Of a DNA stretch of 64,000 bases, positions 49,780 through 59,528 are shown piece by piece (position 1 is the first letter of the stretch; each line of letters opens with the position of its first letter). Under the pieces are notes generated by a model. It ran no database searches, had not been told where the DNA came from, and worked only from the letters and a program-made list of their open reading frames with translations. Source of the DNA: Nitrososphaerota archaeon (lineage in GTDB: Archaea > Thermoproteota > EX4484-205 > JAAOZP01); the NCBI GenBank assembly GCA_011605725.1, contig JAAOZP010000004.1, positions 128,001-192,000 on the forward strand. Reading direction: 5' to 3'. Both the position numbers and the translations under genes were made by a program.

Positions 49780-50430
49780 ATGATACTCATGTCTCATAAA
49801 ATACCTCTCGCCAAAATATTAAAAGGCAAGCTTTTTCATGTCGCAGAGTTGCAGGATTTAATGATTATTGAGCTTTCTAAAAGCTTCGATTTCATTCTTC
49901 ATGGTGGTACCGCTGTATGGAGAATCTACGGTGGAAAAAGGTTTTCGTATGACGTAGATGTTTATCATAATAATCCGGATGAATTGGCTAGCCATTTTTC
50001 TTCAACAAGATTGTTCAAAGTGCTTAAGTCAAAAATTACACCTTCAAAAGTTCTTTATCTCAAGATAGGGAATGATGCGATCATTGAACTAGAGGCTTCT
50101 CCTACTCCCCGAAGTATTAAAGTTGTCGAAGCAAATTTTTGGCTTGTAGACGGGAGTAGCATGGTTGTGGTTACTCTCCCGCCTGAAAGCCTTTTGAGAG
50201 AGAAAGTGAACGCATTTGTAAACCGTAGGTCTGCTAAAGACCTGTACGACATATTCTATTTACTAGATTTATGTGACAAGAGTAAGATTGTTAAAGACGT
50301 AGAGAAAATAATTCCTCTCTTGAGAACTGAACCTAAGGATTTCGCAGGATTACCGGAGTTAATCCTAGTAGGTAAGTCTCCAAGTTTTGAGACGATTGTG
50401 AGGAAGGTGGAAACTTATGCCACGGGTTAA
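49780..50430 (+). CDS. type IV toxin, AbiEii-like nucleotidyltransferase
   Basis: HGGTAVWRIYGGKRFSYDVD; EK...R.SAKDLYDI. Confidence 0.88.
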   Translation: MILMSHKIPLAKILKGKLFHVAELQDLMIIELSKSFDFILHGGTAVWRIYGGKRFSYDVDVYHNNPDELASHFSSTRLFKVLKSKITPSKVLYLKIGNDAIIELEASPTPRSIKVVEANFWLVDGSSMVVVTLPPESLLREKVNAFVNRRSAKDLYDIFYLLDLCDKSKIVKDVEKIIPLLRTEPKDFAGLPELILVGKSPSFETIVRKVETYATG

Positions 50431-51022
50431 GTATGATTCCTTTCTTAAAAAGCTTCAGACGACCAGCATGTTTACTTTTAAGACTGTTGAAAGCAAAGTT
50501 GGAAAAAGTTATGCAAAGGTATTGCTGCATAACTTAAAGAAAAAGGGGTTAGTGATAGAGTTGGTTAAAGGAGTGTATACTTTTAAAAAATCTCCGTACA
50601 TGTTTGCCAAAGCTATTCCCAAGTCCTATGTAGGCTTAGGAAGCGCTGCTTTTCTACATGGTCTTTGGGAACAAGTATCTAGGATCACAATTCTTTCTCC
50701 TTATGCTTCTCTGAAAGCCAGAGTAGGCGAGAGAGAAATCTCCGGCTTTAAAGTTGTTTTAAGGAAGATTTCTGAAAAAATGTTCTTCGGATACGAGCTC
50801 AAATACATGGAAGAAATAGGAGAATGGATAAGGGTTTCTGACCCTGAGAAAACGCTCATAGACCTTGTCTACTTCAACTACCCATTTAAAAAAGAGATAG
50901 TTCCTAAGCTCTTAGAGATTGTTGACAATGGGAAAGTCATGGAATACATGAGAGTGATGAAGCTGAGAAGGGTTAGAGGGTGGGTGAAAATTCTAAGAGA
51001 AATAAAGCCATACTTAAACTAG
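50417..51022 (+). CDS. type IV antitoxin, AbiEi-like
   Basis: wHTH (KKG...LVKGVY), SYVGLGSA..HG and SDPEKTLID. Confidence 0.85.
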   Translation: MPRVKYDSFLKKLQTTSMFTFKTVESKVGKSYAKVLLHNLKKKGLVIELVKGVYTFKKSPYMFAKAIPKSYVGLGSAAFLHGLWEQVSRITILSPYASLKARVGEREISGFKVVLRKISEKMFFGYELKYMEEIGEWIRVSDPEKTLIDLVYFNYPFKKEIVPKLLEIVDNGKVMEYMRVMKLRRVRGWVKILREIKPYLN

Positions 51023-51045
51023 TTTGAAAAACACGATAAATATTT

Positions 51046-51192
51046 TCATTCAGGCTCTTCGCTTAAAAAGGGATTCGTTCTTTTCTCCTTGCCGATGCTT
51101 GAAAAAGGTCCGTGACCAGCGTAACCGAAGTATCATCAGCCTATTCCTTATGTAGGGGACTATTTCTTCGAAAGATCCCCGAGAAGGTCGGT
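51046..51192 (-). pseudogene. C-terminal fragment of an MBL-fold (glyoxalase II/YcbL-like) hydrolase
   Basis: TDLLG..SFEEIV.YIRNRLM...GHGPFSSIGKEKRTNPFL across frameshifts; truncated at the GC motif at 51192. Confidence 0.65.
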
Positions 51193-51202
51193 AGCGCGCG
51201 CT
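51192..51202. repeat. GC junction motif TAGCGCGCGCT
   Basis: Truncation point of the MBL fragment; left edge of the AEC module. Confidence 0.85.
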
Positions 51203-51277
51203 GCTTTTAATCAACAAATCTTCAAGGACATCAGTTTTTATAAAGCCTTAATAGACTGCTTAAACGCTTGGAAAAAG

Positions 51278-52195
51278 TTGACAAGCCTGGTTGAAACAGT
51301 GCTAGAAATAGTCGTCTCCATTTCCCTAGGGATAGTTCTAAAGCGGCTCTATATTCTCAATGAGTCTATCGGCAGAAAATTGCTGTCACTATCCCTAAAC
51401 ATTCTCCTCCCCCTTATAGTGTTCCACTCCTTTGTGACCGTCAAAATATCTATGAATGAGGCTCTTCTGCCGGTGGTCGGGCTTCTCATAAACCTCTCGC
51501 TCTTAGCCATTGCATATTTAGTGCTGGAGAGTATTGAAATGAGTAATGCTCGAAAAGGAGCTTTCCTACTTGCATGCAGCACTCTGAACATCGGCATAAT
51601 TGGATTGCCTTTCATAAGCCTATTCTTTAATACGGAGGGTGTTGCAACCGCTTCTCTAATAGATATAGGTAACTCCATATACGTTTTCGCCATCGCCTTC
51701 CTAGTCGCCTCACGCTTCAATCCCTCGAAGAGCGAAAGATCTCTGAAAAGCAGCGTTAAAAACCTGTTAGCACAGCCATACATCTTATCTATAATAGCTG
51801 GATCGATTGCCAACCTATTAAGATTAGATTTGCCCCCGCAAGCCAACGAATTAATAACTTTTATATCATTGGTTAACGCTGTAATGATGCTTATTGCAGC
51901 AGGGGTTTTCACCAGGCTTCCAAGGAGAAGCCTTTTACGGGAAATATTCTTATCAATATTTGTAAAAATATTGATTGGAAGCCTAATAGGCTTCGCTTTT
52001 GCAATCTTGCTTCAACTTACTCCGCAAGCAACGGGAGTCATGATAATCGTTGCTTCTCTACCCCCTGCCTTCATGACTCTTGTACATGCTAGTGCTGAAA
52101 ATCTCGACTTAGAGTTTGCCAGCACATTGTTGGGCTCAATGCTCGCCATAGGCATTCCTGTAATAGTTTTCTATGGCTTATTCTTCTCACTCTAA
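51278..52195 (+). CDS. AEC (auxin efflux carrier) family transporter
   Basis: About 10 TM helices; NIGIIGLP, QPYILS and SLPPA. Confidence 0.85.
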   Translation: MTSLVETVLEIVVSISLGIVLKRLYILNESIGRKLLSLSLNILLPLIVFHSFVTVKISMNEALLPVVGLLINLSLLAIAYLVLESIEMSNARKGAFLLACSTLNIGIIGLPFISLFFNTEGVATASLIDIGNSIYVFAIAFLVASRFNPSKSERSLKSSVKNLLAQPYILSIIAGSIANLLRLDLPPQANELITFISLVNAVMMLIAAGVFTRLPRRSLLREIFLSIFVKILIGSLIGFAFAILLQLTPQATGVMIIVASLPPAFMTLVHASAENLDLEFASTLLGSMLAIGIPVIVFYGLFFSL

Positions 52196-52533
52196 GCGCA
52201 CGCTATCTGCAACATTAGACACTATGAGGACAAGCCGGTTCAGCAGCAGTGGAAGGCCGAGTCAAAAACGTTCTTAAGGCTTTTTATAAATCTTGAAGGC
52301 AGGGTTCTTAACTGAAGCTGGAATTGGAATCCGCCCGATTCCTAACCATCATAAGTTTTAGCGCGAGCCAACATATAATTATTCACGCTTCTGAGTAAAA
52401 ATTTTCCGCATTTCCAAAATACTATATGGGTGCTTAAAAATACTTGATTAGCACGTGCTTTCGGCTGGGTGAGATAATAATCGTGTCTTTCAATCTTTCC
52501 TTTGGATTGACCTCAAGATGGATAAGCGCGCGC
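52195..52533. repeat. cluster of four GC junction motifs (52195 AGCGCACGCTA, 52359 TAGCGCGAGC, 52449 TAGCACGTGCT, 52525 AGCGCGCGC)
   Basis: All four lie in one intergenic gap of about 390 bp. Confidence 0.75.
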
Positions 52534-52589
52534 CGTCTTTCAGATTTCCTTGTTGAACCTTCTTTTGAAAGAGTTAAGTATCAGTACAG

Positions 52590-53888
52590 GTGTTAAGTAA
52601 TTGTATGGGGTGTAAAAAGCCATCTTTGAGAGTTCTTCCAGTCATAGTGTGTAGGGAGGAACAGGTTAGAGATATAGATTTTCAGAAAGGGATGGAGGAG
52701 CTGAGGAAGAATATTTCAACCGAGGTTCGAATTTTGAAGGAGTGTATTATCAACGGTGAAAAGGATCTTGTTAAGCTTGAAGAACGTGTTTCTGAAGCCG
52801 ATGTTATTCTCCTTCTTAAACCAGGATTAGGACTAGGAAGCTGTGTTGTCAAAATCGTTGAATCCAACCTTCCCGTGATTCTCTTCAACAAGGAGGGTTC
52901 GGTTTGGACTCCACTCGACGCTTTGGAATATGTTTATCCCAGAAACAATGTTTGGGTTGCTGCGGACTACGAGGACTTAGATTTTCGGCTGAAAATCTTA
53001 GAAGCAAGGAAAAACATAGGCAGTACGAAGCTGCTTGTTTTAAACGCGGATTATCCCCACTGGGAAAGATGGCTCATGCGCGTCCCCGGGGGATTAAACA
53101 CGATTAGGGAGAGGTTTGGAATAGAGGTTGAGTATGTTCGGAGCGAGGAAGTCGTGGAGAGGTGGCGTGGGGTCGAGGAGGAAAAAGTAAAGAAGGTTGC
53201 CGAGGAATGGATAGGGAATGCTGAGAAAATAATTGAGCCCTCGAGAAGCGATGTTGAGAAAGTTTCCAGACTGTATCTGGTGATGAAGGATCTTCTACGT
53301 GAAAAAGGTGCTCAAGGATTAACGATGGCTTACGGCGAAGATCCTTTACCTGTTCCCTGTTTCGCATACGTCAAGCTTAGGGATGAGGGTGTTCCAGCTG
53401 CGTGCGAGGCGGATATCATCTCGCTCATCACAATGGTTATTTTGCATTATGTTACGGGTAAACCCAGCTTCATGGGGAACTTAAGACATGTTGATCAGAA
53501 CAATAACACGCTCATGATTAGTCATTGCGTCGCGCCGACTAAGATGGCTGGCTATGATGAGCCAGCGCTTCCCTATGTTTTAAGAAGTCAGCACTGGGGT
53601 CCGCCGGCTGGCGTTTTAAGCGCCTTCGTCCCGATGAACACCAGCCAAGAAGTTACAGTCTGCCGCCTGGACGGTGAGTTGAAGAGTATGCTGATTACAA
53701 GAGGAGTTATTGAAGAATGCAGGGATCTAGAGGAGTATTGTCGCAACACGGTTCGCATAAAGGTCAGTAACGTTAAGAAGCTCATCCATAGCACATCGGG
53801 AAACCATCATGTCATGGTTTACGGCGATCATAGGGAAGAAATAAGGGAACTGAATAAATTGTTCGGAGTCGCTACAATTGAAGTATGA
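52590..53888 (+). CDS. L-fucose/L-arabinose isomerase-like protein
   Basis: PCF, AACEAD, SFMGN, SHC, CRN and GNHHVMVYGD. Confidence 0.8.
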   Translation: MLSNCMGCKKPSLRVLPVIVCREEQVRDIDFQKGMEELRKNISTEVRILKECIINGEKDLVKLEERVSEADVILLLKPGLGLGSCVVKIVESNLPVILFNKEGSVWTPLDALEYVYPRNNVWVAADYEDLDFRLKILEARKNIGSTKLLVLNADYPHWERWLMRVPGGLNTIRERFGIEVEYVRSEEVVERWRGVEEEKVKKVAEEWIGNAEKIIEPSRSDVEKVSRLYLVMKDLLREKGAQGLTMAYGEDPLPVPCFAYVKLRDEGVPAACEADIISLITMVILHYVTGKPSFMGNLRHVDQNNNTLMISHCVAPTKMAGYDEPALPYVLRSQHWGPPAGVLSAFVPMNTSQEVTVCRLDGELKSMLITRGVIEECRDLEEYCRNTVRIKVSNVKKLIHSTSGNHHVMVYGDHREEIRELNKLFGVATIEV

Positions 53889-54137
53889 AGTGATGTCGAA
53901 ACAGGTGTAAGGAGAAGGGTCTCGGCAATCTTTCAGCTGATAGAGACACGGCTCTCCATAGCTTCATGAAGCTTGGTTTCTGGTCTAAGCACCCTTGTTC
54001 CCTGCGAGAGAATATGGAAGAAGCAGTTAAGGGCGATTTGGTCAACGATGCTGAAACGGGGAAGAGGTTTAACAGGATGCGGAAACGATACTTAAAAGTT
54101 GAGAAGCAATGTTTTCCAACTTTAGGCATGACAAGTT

Positions 54138-54148
54138 TAGCGCGCGCT
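54138..54148. repeat. GC junction motif TAGCGCGCGCT
   Basis: Left edge of the Gfo/Idh/MocA module. Confidence 0.85.
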
Positions 54149-54194
54149 GACTCCAGATTTAAAAGCTTTAACTTTCCATCAGGAGTTTAGAAGC

Positions 54195-55319
54195 ATGAGT
54201 CCACTTGGGAAGGTGCATGTAGGAGTAGTAGGCGGAGGCTTCGGGTCTGTTTTCAAGTGGCATAGTCATCCGAATTGCATTGTGGAAGCAGTATGCGACC
54301 CTGTTCCTGAAAAACGTAAGCGTTTAATGCAGGTTTACAATTGTGAAAAGTCGTATGAGAATCTTGAGGAGCTTTTGCAGGACCGGAGGGTTGAAGCGGT
54401 CGCCCTCTTCACTCCCGCGCCCCTTCACGCTGAGCATGCTGTCGAGTGTTTGAAATCTGGGAAACACGTCTTATGCGCGGTTCCAGCCTGCATGACGCTG
54501 GAGGAGGCAAGTATGCTTCTCGAGACTGTTAGGGAGACAGGTTTGAACTACATGATGGCTGAGACTAGCTGGTATCATCAGGCAGTAATCTCGGCGAGAA
54601 AATGGTTTAAAGAGGGAAGGTTTGGCAGAATATTCTACACGGAGGCTGAATACTATCATCCAGGATTAGCGTCGCTATTCTTTGACAATAATGGCAATAA
54701 GACTTGGCGCTACGGGTTCCCCCCTATGCTTTACCCTACGCACTGCACTGCATACCTAGTTGGAGTTACTGGAGAGAAGATGGTTAGGGTTTCCTGCGTA
54801 GGATGGGGAGACGATTCTCCAATTCTCAAGAATAATGCTTACAACAATCCTTTCTGGAACGAGACCGCGTTTTTCATAACAGATAAGGGTAATGCCTTCA
54901 GGGTGGCCGTCTACTGGAACGCTCCCGTCGGCCCTTGTGAAAGAGGACAGTGGATTGGAGAGAAAATGAGTTTCTTCGAGCCTCACCCTAATGGCACTAA
55001 ACATATTGTCTGGAAGGCTGGAAGCAGCCCTTTAGACTTGCCGCAGATGGTAAGCTATGAACAGGCAGAATGGTGGAGGACAGATATTCTTCCAGAGTCT
55101 TTGCGTCATCCGAGTGGACACGATAATTCTCATAACTTCATAATTCATGAGTTCATTCAGTCCATTGTCGAGAAGCGTTCTCCAGCTGTCGGAGTCTACG
55201 AGGCTCTGGCCATGACTATTCCAGGCATAATTGCTCACCAATCGGCCTTAAGAGGAGGAGAACAGATGAGGATCCCAAGGCTTGAGCCTGGGAGCGCGCG
55301 CTTTCACGCCAGTTTCTAA
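54195..55319 (+). CDS. Gfo/Idh/MocA family oxidoreductase
   Basis: GVVGGGFG, FTPAPLHA, GKHVLCAVP and AEYYH; the last codons (SARFHASF) run through a GC motif. Confidence 0.88.
   Translation: MSPLGKVHVGVVGGGFGSVFKWHSHPNCIVEAVCDPVPEKRKRLMQVYNCEKSYENLEELLQDRRVEAVALFTPAPLHAEHAVECLKSGKHVLCAVPACMTLEEASMLLETVRETGLNYMMAETSWYHQAVISARKWFKEGRFGRIFYTEAEYYHPGLASLFFDNNGNKTWRYGFPPMLYPTHCTAYLVGVTGEKMVRVSCVGWGDDSPILKNNAYNNPFWNETAFFITDKGNAFRVAVYWNAPVGPCERGQWIGEKMSFFEPHPNGTKHIVWKAGSSPLDLPQMVSYEQAEWWRTDILPESLRHPSGHDNSHNFIIHEFIQSIVEKRSPAVGVYEALAMTIPGIIAHQSALRGGEQMRIPRLEPGSARFHASF
55293..55302. repeat. GC junction motif AGCGCGCGCT
   Basis: Right edge of the Gfo/Idh/MocA module, inside its last codons. Confidence 0.8.
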
Positions 55320-55384
55320 ATCGCTTTCGATTAGAACAAATTTTAAATTCTCCAGGGTTCTAAATCTTCGAGTGCTAGGGTTCA

Positions 55385-55825
55385 ATGGTTGAAGTATTCA
55401 AAATGAGGCTTGAGGATACAGCCTAGTCAACTTTACATTAGTTTCGAAAAGCTTTGCCACGTGACGAAAAGGTTTAACCCTAGTGATTTGGGGTCGATTG
55501 AGCCCATACCTATCAAGAAGCTTTGGAACGATATCATATTTGTTGACGGTCATACTAGGGCTTTCCCCGCCTACGTATGCGGGGTCAAGTCCCTGTTTAC
55601 TGGGAGAATGAAGAGCCCGACTGGAAGCTTACGAGATATGCGTAGAATGGTGCGAGGAAAGCGGGGATCCACAGGATTTCCGACCTGGAAAACAGGGTTG
55701 TGTCTCAAAAGGATTATGAGACACTGTGGTATAAGCGTTGTGAAGATATGCAGCGAGACCTGGAGAAAAGGAGATTGCAGGGGCTCGGCGAAAAACAGGC
55801 TTCGCGTTTTAAACCAGCAGATTAA
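55385..55825 (+). pseudogene. frameshifted ParB/Srx-like small protein
   Basis: IQPSQLYIS, PIPI, DGHTRA and YEICVEWC spread over several frames. Confidence 0.6.
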
Positions 55826-55991
55826 TTTCTCATGGAATAGGCGCGAGTAGGATCCTCCGGCCAGAGAACAAGGAGTGGAATCCGGATAGGCTTTTAGATC
55901 CTGTGTTTGAACCCAATCTTCCCCTTCTGTCTTTCTCGTCTGATGCTTTTAAGATTTCCACCGCTTAGGCTAGCCGAAGCTTCAAGCATGA

Positions 55992-56777
55992 TCAGGGTAT
56001 TATGCAGAGGGGGCCTAGGGTTGATGCTAAAACGTTCTCCTGTGGAAACGGATGGCCCCGGTGTTGGCGGAACGCTTCCGCGTATTTTCTTCCGGCTTCG
56101 CTGCCTCTTTCTCTTGCCCATCGCCTCATCTGAAGAATATATTCGTCTATGCCGTGTTGTGCACGCAGCCATTCTCTCTGACTCTTGTGTTGGGCAAGCA
56201 TTCTCTCTTTAACCCTGATTGACGAGCCTATGTCAACGTAGAAATCAACGCGGACTCTTTCCCCAAACCTGTTTCTCCCGCCTATCGCGTCAGCGTAGAA
56301 CAGGAAAGGTATCCGCCTCGTAGGCTTCGCAGGATTAGCCTGGTTTGTCACATAGTTTGGTATGGGTGCATTGAAGCATGCGTCCCACATAAGGTCTGCG
56401 GTCAACTGATGGTCCATCATATAGTCCTCCGGAAAATGGGTTATGACAATATCCGGGTCAACCCTTCTTACGAGTTCAACAGTCTTGAAGCGAGTCTTGT
56501 TGTCGAAAACTAGGTGTAGGTCAGACTCACCTAGGCAAATGTAGGGTGCGTCAAGAATCCTCGCGGATTTCTCCGCCTCTCTAAACCTGATGCTGGCAAT
56601 CTCCTGGCTTCTAAGCGTCATCGAACCCATATTGCCAGTGCAAACCGTCGCGATGAAAATCCTAAAGCCCTTCTTATGGAGAAGAGCTAAAGTACCAGCC
56701 ATCAAGAACTCAACGTCATCAGGGTGTGCACCTACGGCTAACACCACGTTGTTTCTAAACCCGCTTCTCCTCTTCAA
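55992..56777 (-). CDS. PIG-L/LmbE family N-acetylhexosamine deacetylase
   Basis: AHPDD, R..EA, DYMMDH and HKSQ. Confidence 0.88.
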   Translation of the reverse strand: MKRRSGFRNNVVLAVGAHPDDVEFLMAGTLALLHKKGFRIFIATVCTGNMGSMTLRSQEIASIRFREAEKSARILDAPYICLGESDLHLVFDNKTRFKTVELVRRVDPDIVITHFPEDYMMDHQLTADLMWDACFNAPIPNYVTNQANPAKPTRRIPFLFYADAIGGRNRFGERVRVDFYVDIGSSIRVKERMLAQHKSQREWLRAQHGIDEYILQMRRWARERGSEAGRKYAEAFRQHRGHPFPQENVLASTLGPLCIIP

Positions 56778-56915
56778 CCTTGATTGACCATCATTATTCT
56801 TGAAACTTATAAGGTTGAATTCGAGACCTTTTTGTTGACGCTACTGACTGCACGCAAGTGAAAACACATATAAGATTAGAAGGTTAATCGTCAACAGGCT
56901 GGTGATGGAGGAAAC

Positions 56916-58286
56916 TTGGGCAGCAGGCTCAGCCAAAGGGAAATAGGGTTAATAGCTTCAGAGATTGTTGATGAAACCCGGCCCAAGATAAATCTTGGAC
57001 TTAGAATAACTAGGAACGAGTATGAGAAAAGGTGGAGTATCCTCCAAGACAGGATGAGCATGAAAGGCTACGGTCTTGCATACGCGTGTGGCAGCGAGCT
57101 TGACAGGTCTGACATCGCTTGGCTTGCAGGCGTTTTCGACCCCATAATAGAGCGCTATGGAATACTGATCCCCCTGCAAGGCAGGCCTATCGTGCTGGCC
57201 GGCCCCGAGGGGGGCCACGTGATAGAGGAGGCTGTTGAAGAGTCGGGTGCAGACATTGTTTTCCTAAAAGAGTTCCAGATATCTGACGAGGACTATAGGC
57301 ACGCCCGGTTCACGTCTTTCCAAGAAGTATTGAGACGCATAGGGGTTTCAGAGGACAGTCGTGTGGCAATCCTGTCAAGCCCGCAAGCCATACCCTATGA
57401 GCAGGTTATGCTGCTCCACAAGACCTTCAGCCCAAGCAGAGTGTTTTTCGACGAGGAGCTTCTGCAGCGCATAAAATACGAGAAGTCTGAAAGGGAGCTG
57501 GCTATATGTGAGATGGCTAACCTCATTGCTGACGCTGCCTTCAGAGCTATGCTGGCTGTTTCAAGACCCGGGATGAGAGAGCTTGAGGTTGCAGGTGTTG
57601 GGGAATACGTTATGAGGGAACTGGGCGCAGGCAGAACTGGTTTCCCAACTATAGTTACGTCTGGCGAAAGAAACTATACTGTAATAGGTCCGGCGACGAA
57701 CAGGGTGATTCAGAAGGGAGACATGGTTTCCATGGGTGTCAGTCCAACCTTTAACGGTTACCATGGAGTTGTAAGGAGGACTTTCAGGGTTGGCGAACCG
57801 ATGACCCGGGGTCAGAGGGAGTTTCACGAGGCCGTTGAAGGACTATACAGCATTGTGATGGAAGCGGTTCAGACAGCGGCAAGAGAAGAATTGCCATCTA
57901 ACTATATTGACAAGCAGGGGAAGCAGTATCTTGAAAGCCTGAGGCTTAGGGGTTTTAACGGGGTTTCAACCCCGATTGAACCATACACGTTCATCCATAA
58001 CACGGGTTGCTCAGAGTGTCAAGAAGGATACGGGGCTGTAACGCCTTATACCACGCAGCCACTGGGCAACCAGGTTACGCTGATGATCGACGTTGCTCTG
58101 CTCGGCTTCAGGCAGAGGGGGAAACCACTTTTCGAAACCATTTACGACGTTATTGAGGACGCGTTCTGGAAGAAGGGCAGGGAAGTCGGGGTTTACAATA
58201 GGATGCCGTTAAACGTGGAGCCTCTGGTTGGAAACACAGAGCCCCTGGGCTCCAGTCTGAACCCTTACCATAAGAGTTTCACCTGA
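56916..58286 (+). CDS. M24 (Xaa-Pro peptidase / creatinase) family protein
   Basis: Creatinase N-domain; KSERE, PGMRE, GDMV, RT, H-x-x-G and IED. Confidence 0.78.
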   Translation: MGSRLSQREIGLIASEIVDETRPKINLGLRITRNEYEKRWSILQDRMSMKGYGLAYACGSELDRSDIAWLAGVFDPIIERYGILIPLQGRPIVLAGPEGGHVIEEAVEESGADIVFLKEFQISDEDYRHARFTSFQEVLRRIGVSEDSRVAILSSPQAIPYEQVMLLHKTFSPSRVFFDEELLQRIKYEKSERELAICEMANLIADAAFRAMLAVSRPGMRELEVAGVGEYVMRELGAGRTGFPTIVTSGERNYTVIGPATNRVIQKGDMVSMGVSPTFNGYHGVVRRTFRVGEPMTRGQREFHEAVEGLYSIVMEAVQTAAREELPSNYIDKQGKQYLESLRLRGFNGVSTPIEPYTFIHNTGCSECQEGYGAVTPYTTQPLGNQVTLMIDVALLGFRQRGKPLFETIYDVIEDAFWKKGREVGVYNRMPLNVEPLVGNTEPLGSSLNPYHKSFT

Positions 58287-58325
58287 CGACTGTGTTCCAA
58301 TAGTTTGAAGCGGGTCTCAACCGGT

Positions 58326-58778
58326 TTAGAGCTTTCTCTTTTTTGCAACAATATGGAGGTGACCCCCGTAGCCCACTATGGATGGCTCCTCGCAAAGCAT
58401 CAACTCCAGCTCCAGGAGTTTCTCAGCCTTCTCCTCATTCTGGAGAAGCATCTCTGTTTCAGGCCTGGAGACGTAGACCACGGTCTTGCCGACTATCTTA
58501 ATGACTTCTAAACCGTTCTTCTCAAAAAGGCTTTTAAGGTCGGATGGTGAAAAAGCCCAACAGTAGAAACCCCACGCTTCAGCGAAAAACCTTCTCTCCT
58601 TAAGGACTTTGAAGGCCTCCTCCGGCCCCTTACGGACAAGCATACTCCTTACAATGTTGAAGAGGCTGTCGACCCCGGCAGCAATGAAGCATCCGGGTTT
58701 AAGAACCCTAGCCAGTTCCCCGACTGCCTTATCAGGATTACTGCAGTAAGATATTGGGTCTCCCTAGGCGAGGGTAAA
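58326..58778 (-). pseudogene. 5'-truncated class I SAM-dependent methyltransferase
   Basis: FTLA*GDPISYCSNPDKAVGELARVLKPG...; SAM-binding motif I is absent; cut at AGCGCTA (58778-58784). Confidence 0.7.
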
Positions 58779-59117
58779 GCGCTACTGATCTTCGGCCCGC
58801 ATTATGCAAGCCTTGGAAGCATAGAGTACTTCTTGAAGAGAAGAATCGATGTTGAGGAAATGATGAGCAGGTTCCCACTTGCATGATTTTGCCATAGTCA
58901 AAACTGGTAGGAAAGTTTAGATTTGACAAACTATTGCGCTGCTATTGTCAATTAATTAGGCATTATACATCCGTCTAGGACAGTTTTTATCCTAAGCCGC
59001 TCTCGCTTCATCGATAAAGATATCTAGTTTTCAGCTTTAGATAAGACTTCTCGCGCGAGCGCCGCTGATAAACCTGTTGCGTTTTTAAGCAGGCAAGTTC
59101 TCTACATCCTGAGCCTA

Positions 59118-59528
59118 ATGGCTGTCGAGAAGCTTTCACTAAGATTGGCGAGGACGATCTTCTATCTTAAAGGGTTTGTCTGGCTCCTCAAGAGGAGAAG
59201 AGCATACTCGATGCAAGACGTCTTAAACCTCTTCTACATGGATTTTCTAAAAATAGATGATAAGCATATCGAAGTCGTAAAGCTCGATGAGAACGAGCTC
59301 ATAACTAGGTGTAGCAATCCATGCCCTATTTTAGAGCTTGCTAAGCGTCTCAATCTAGACACTAAGTATGTGTGTAAAGAGGTTTCTGAACCAGTCTGCA
59401 AATTCGTATTGAACAAGCTTAATCCAAGACTGGTGTTTGAGAGAAACTATGAACACATAAGACCACATGTTGAGAGCTGCGAGGAACATATATATTGGAG
59501 ACGGGGTGAGAAACAAAGCGCACGCTAA
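59118..59528 (+). CDS. hypothetical protein, V4R/ATC-hydrolase-like metal-binding domain
   Basis: CSNPCPI...VC...CEE pattern; final codons SAR* lie in a degenerate GC motif. Confidence 0.7.
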   Translation: MAVEKLSLRLARTIFYLKGFVWLLKRRRAYSMQDVLNLFYMDFLKIDDKHIEVVKLDENELITRCSNPCPILELAKRLNLDTKYVCKEVSEPVCKFVLNKLNPRLVFERNYEHIRPHVESCEEHIYWRRGEKQSAR

